A stretch of 59,784 nt of DNA from Patescibacteria group bacterium (lineage in GTDB: Bacteria; Patescibacteriota; Minisyncoccia; UBA6257; JAKLIH01): contig JAKLIH010000002.1 of NCBI GenBank assembly GCA_022709715.1, forward strand, positions 1 through 59,784, written 5' to 3'. The position numbers and the translations under genes were made by a program. The notes beneath the pieces are model-generated. The model did no database searches, was not told the origin of the DNA, and saw only the letters and a list, made by a program, of their open reading frames with translations. Of this stretch, positions 56,677-59,784 are shown one piece after another (position 1 is the first letter of the stretch; the number at the start of each line of letters is the position of its first letter).

Positions 56677-58101
56677 ATGTTTAAAGATATTCAAGAAAAA
56701 ATAAAAAATAATGATATTAATTTGATTCAATCAATCGATGATTTTTTAAATAATTTTGATGAAAAAAATCAAGAAATAAATGCTTTTATTTCTAAAAATG
56801 ATGAAGTAAAGCAATTAGTTAAATTAAGCGAAGAAAGAATAAAGACCAATAAAAGTTTAATGCTGGATGGTATTAAAATTGCGATTAAAGATAATATTTT
56901 GGTAGAAGGATTATTATCAACAGCCGGATCAAAAATGTTAAAAGATTATCGAGCTAGTTATGATTCCACTGTAATTAAAAAAATTAAAGAAGCTGGTGGT
57001 TTGATTGTTGGCAAAACCAATATGGACGAATTTGCTATGGGGTCATCAAACGAAACATCGTATTTTGGTGTGGTTAGAAATCCAATTGATTTAAATAGAG
57101 TGCCGGGCGGATCATCGGGTGGATCAACTTCAGCTGTAGCTAGCGGTATGGTGGATGTAGCTTTAGGATCAGATACGGCTGGATCAATAAGACAACCAGC
57201 TAGTTTTTGTGGTGTGGTTGGTTTTAAGCCAACCTATGGAGCTGTTTCCAGATTTGGTTTAATAGCCATGAGTTCATCATTAGATGTGATTGGACCTATT
57301 GCAAAAAATGTAACCGATTGCGAATCAATTTTTAATATTATAGCTGGCAAAGATGATTATGATGCAACCAGTATTGATGTTTTAACTGAAGATAAAGAAT
57401 GAAATATTGATGATGTAAAGAAATTAACCATTGGCGTGCCCAAGGAATATTTTGTAGAGGGAATTAATGAGGAAGTAAAAGAAAATATAAATAATTTTGT
57501 TAGTAAATTAAAATCTTTGGGTGTTAATATTAAAGAAATTAGTTTAACTCATACTCAATATGCTATTCCTTGTTATTATATAATTATGCCAGCCGAAGTT
57601 AGTTCCAATTTGGCTAGATATGATAATATTCGTTATGGTAGCAAGGTAAATGATTTAAATATTTCTAATTTAAAAGATTTATATTTTAAAACTCGAGGTG
57701 ATGGCTTTGGACGAGAAGTAAAAAGAAGAATTTTATTAGGCACATATGTTTTGTCCAAAGGGTTTTATGATCAATATTATTCTAAAGCTCAAAAAGTCAG
57801 AAGGTTGATAAAACAAGATTTTGATCAAGCGTTTAAAGAAGTGGGTTTAATTTTGACGCCTACTTGTCCGGATGTGGCTTTTGCTTTTGGAGAAAAAAGC
57901 CAAGATCCAGTTTCAATGTATTTATCAGATATCTTTACGGTGCCAATGAATTTAGCTGGAATCCCAGCTATTAGCTTGCCTTTGACAAAAAATAAAGATG
58001 GTTTGCCTATTGGACTGCAATTAACTATGCAAGAAAAATTAGACAGAAGATTGTTAAAAATTAGTAAGGTTTTTGAATCACTAATAAATTATAATTCATA
58101 A
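56677..58101 (+). CDS. gatA: Asp/Glu-tRNA amidotransferase subunit A
   Basis: Amidase signature GGSSGGS..AVA....ALGSDTGGSIRQPA. Two same-frame pieces joined by TGA at 57400. Confidence 0.9.
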
Positions 58102-58105
58102 TCAT

Positions 58106-58669
58106 ATGGAAAGTTTAAATAATGCTTTGACATTAGTCGATTTACAAACAGCCGTTGGAATTATGGCGCCATTGTTTTTGCGTCAAACATTTTTAAATTT
58201 TTTATTTTGATCTAGAATTACTGGGTTAATTATAAGCTGTTTGATAGTGATGTTTATTATGATTGTTAAAATTAAAACCAAACAATTAAAAAAACCGAAA
58301 GTCGTAAAGGTGGGTGTAAGCGGTAAAGAAAAATGATCATTTTTAAATGAGTTCAAAATTAATTCAACATTTAAAAAAATTAGTGATTATATAAATTTTG
58401 AAAATATTTTATATTGAAAATTGGCTCTAGCTGAGATTGATAGTTATTTTAATAATGTTTTAACAGAAGTCGGTTTTAGAGGCGATACCATGACGGATAA
58501 ATTGACAAAATTATCTAAAATTTATTTATCTAATTTAGATGAAATTGCGTCTACCCATCTTAAAATTAATGAAATTTTGAATGATAATAATTATTTATTA
58601 ACTAAAGAAGAAACGGAAAAGTTAATTGATGTATATAAACAGGGAATAGAAGAATTAAAAAAATTGTAA
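58106..58669 (+). CDS. hypothetical membrane protein
   Basis: The ATG 58106 frame joins track ORF 58421 through 3 TGA codons. One or two TM helices. Confidence 0.45.
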
Positions 58670-58725
58670 TATTATTTAAAGATAGAAAACGGTCATAAAC
58701 TTTTAGTTTATGACCGTTTCTTGAT

Positions 58726-58901
58726 CCCCACACCCAGAAAGTTTAAGGTTAAAAATTATATTTTTAACCGAGGAACGTTAAGTTTGTTGCATAGTGTGTA
58801 TTTTAACTAGAATAATTAACCCCCACACCAACCAAAGGTTGGTGTGGGGGCATGCCTTTTAATATTACGTTTATCACTCAAAAACTTTGCTGGGTGTGGG
58901 G
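58726..58901. repeat. second copy of the MITE-like element, with a nested type-A palindrome
   Basis: ccccacacccagaaag.. ... ..aactttgctgggtgtgggg. The first 50 nt are about 85% identical by eye to 2897... The hairpin cccccacaccaacc-aaa-ggttggtgtggggg is nested at 58820-58850. Confidence 0.6.
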
Positions 58902-58902
58902 A

Positions 58903-58931
58903 TTGACATTCATTTATTTGTATGTTATTTT
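58903..58931 (+). promoter_or_regulatory. cassette promoter TTGACA-N17-TATTTT
   Basis: The -35 starts 1 nt after the MITE-like right end. RBS gaaaggagatgaaATG. Confidence 0.4.
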
Positions 58932-58951
58932 TGTTTTAGAAAGGAGATGAA

Positions 58952-59053
58952 ATGGAAAAATTCATCGAAAATTTTTTAACCATCATGTCTGTCTTAGAAG
59001 TCGCATGTATGACATGGATGGTTATCTCGGTGCTAATAGTAGTACTGAAATGA
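58952..59053 (+). CDS. 33-aa hydrophobic peptide (candidate small membrane protein or toxin)
   Basis: MEKFIENFLTIMSVLEVACMTWMVISVLIVVLK. Strong SD. TGA lies directly before the terminator hairpin. Confidence 0.3.
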   Translation: MEKFIENFLTIMSVLEVACMTWMVISVLIVVLK

Positions 59054-59056
59054 TTA

Positions 59057-59090
59057 GGTAATACTTTAGAAAATAAAGTATTACCTTTTT
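59057..59090 (+). terminator. rho-independent terminator
   Basis: ggtaatacttt-agaaaat-aaagtattacc plus ttttt. Confidence 0.65.
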
Positions 59091-59102
59091 AAAATTTGAT
59101 CC

Positions 59103-59212
59103 CGCTTAACTGTTTTAAAATAGTTAAGCCCCACACCAACCATAGGTCGGTGTGGGGACGTGCCTTTGATTTTTTATTGGTTAGTGTGGGCCTGCCTGCC
59201 GGTAGGCAGGGG
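59103..59212. repeat. cluster of hairpin and GC-palindrome repeats
   Basis: gcttaactgttttaaaatagttaagc; ccccacaccaacc-ata-ggtcggtgtgggg; and the 34-mer 59179..59212, identical to 36438..36471. Confidence 0.75.
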
Positions 59213-59218
59213 TGTCAA

Positions 59219-59261
59219 TCCAAGATAGAAATGTCCGCCTTTCTCCAAGATAGAAATGTCC
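59219..59261 (+). repeat. 18-bp direct repeat x2 (tccaagatagaaatgtcc), 25-bp period
   Basis: Exact copies at 59219-59236 and 59244-59261, just outside the 3' end of the transposase gene. Confidence 0.8.
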
Positions 59262-59275
59262 TCCCCTCTGGGTAT

Positions 59276-59784
59276 TTAGTGTTTTGGACTTTTTGAAAAT
59301 ATTTTGGTATTTCTAGGAATGTAGAAAGATTTCTTGTTTTCACTAGCATTGATTCTCATCTTGCTTTTAATTTCTGACATTGTGATTTTCTTTTTAGGGG
59401 CTGGTCTTGCGTTTAGTATTTCAAAATTAAGATATTTATCTTTTAGAGATAATTTGATCTCACCATTTAAATGTTGCTCGACTGTTATCTTGGCTTTTCT
59501 GTAAAGCAAACAAGGTTGTTTCTTTAAAAGTTGGTAAAAGATTTTATTGTGTTGAATAGTGAAGTCATTTGATAGAACTCTTTTCTCTTTGGCACAGAAT
59601 ATTTGAGGAAGTTTCTTAATTTGAGCAGCAGTTAATTCTCTATGAAAATCTGTTTTCTCTTTAGGTTTTACACCATATTTTTTATTAAATCAAGGAACAA
59701 ATGTTTCCATTAAAAATTTATTGGCTTCTTCTATAGTATTAATATTATTTAATCTCATTTCCTTTATTAATCTATTCTGTAATG
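59276..59784 (-). CDS. DDE (rve-type) transposase, C-terminal part; gene continues beyond the window
   Basis: The minus-strand frame is open from the window edge: ..LIKEMRLNNINTIEEANKFLMETFVP-TGA-FNKKYG...RVLSNDFTIQHNKIFYQL.. resembles IS481/ISNCY-type C-termini. Uses TGA as a sense codon. Confidence 0.55.

Noticed and set aside
59096-59296. 66-aa ORF spanning the palindrome cluster
   Set aside because: It is composed entirely of REP-like palindromes and the 18-bp direct repeats, with no RBS. It is a by-product of GC-rich repeats lacking stops.

Overview
The window is a very AT-rich (about 30% GC by eye, not computed), gene-dense bacterial segment. Essentially every core gene lies on the + strand. 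Most ORF-track fragments rejoin in frame across TGA, so UGA is a sense codon. The TGA codons sit at conserved Trp positions, and a tRNA-Trp(UCA) is present at 18597..18669. This points to a code-4-like reading, not UGA=Gly. After rejoining, I read these groups of genes:
- Translation: infC-rpmI-rplT, tyrS, rpsF-ssb, rpmE, prfA, rpsB-tsf, rpmG, secE-nusG-rplK, gatB, hisS, rpsU, pheST and gatCA.
- Replication and repair: ligA, recA, gyrB, mfd, rarA and a family-4 UDG.
- Division and envelope: ftsA-ftsZ and lepB.
- Other functions: nrdD-nrdG, a pseudopilin trio plus a split comEC, and five tRNAs.

Gene content looks CPR/Patescibacteria-like or reduced-Firmicute-like; I cannot place it more precisely.

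The backbone carries many selfish or accessory layers:
- Three inteins, two in NrdD and one mini-intein in GyrB.
- A free-standing LAGLIDADG gene inside a tRNA cluster.
- A partial IS transposase at the right edge.
- Two 23S-IVS-type four-helix-bundle ORFs bracketed by inverted heptamer arrays.
- Families of GC-rich palindromes and a MITE-like element.
- A convergent pair of candidate small RNAs next to a frameshifted NYN gene and a degenerate nucleotidyltransferase.

The most unusual signal is a set of seven small, GC-richer cassettes. Each has its own TTGACA-N16/17 promoter and a strong GGAG Shine-Dalgarno, which core genes lack, and most have their own terminator. None contains an internal TGA (every Trp codon is TGG), and three of the seven end in TGA directly before the terminator. 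They look like standard-code genes embedded in a UGA-recoded genome.

All homology calls come from motif recognition by eye. No searches or folding were run.
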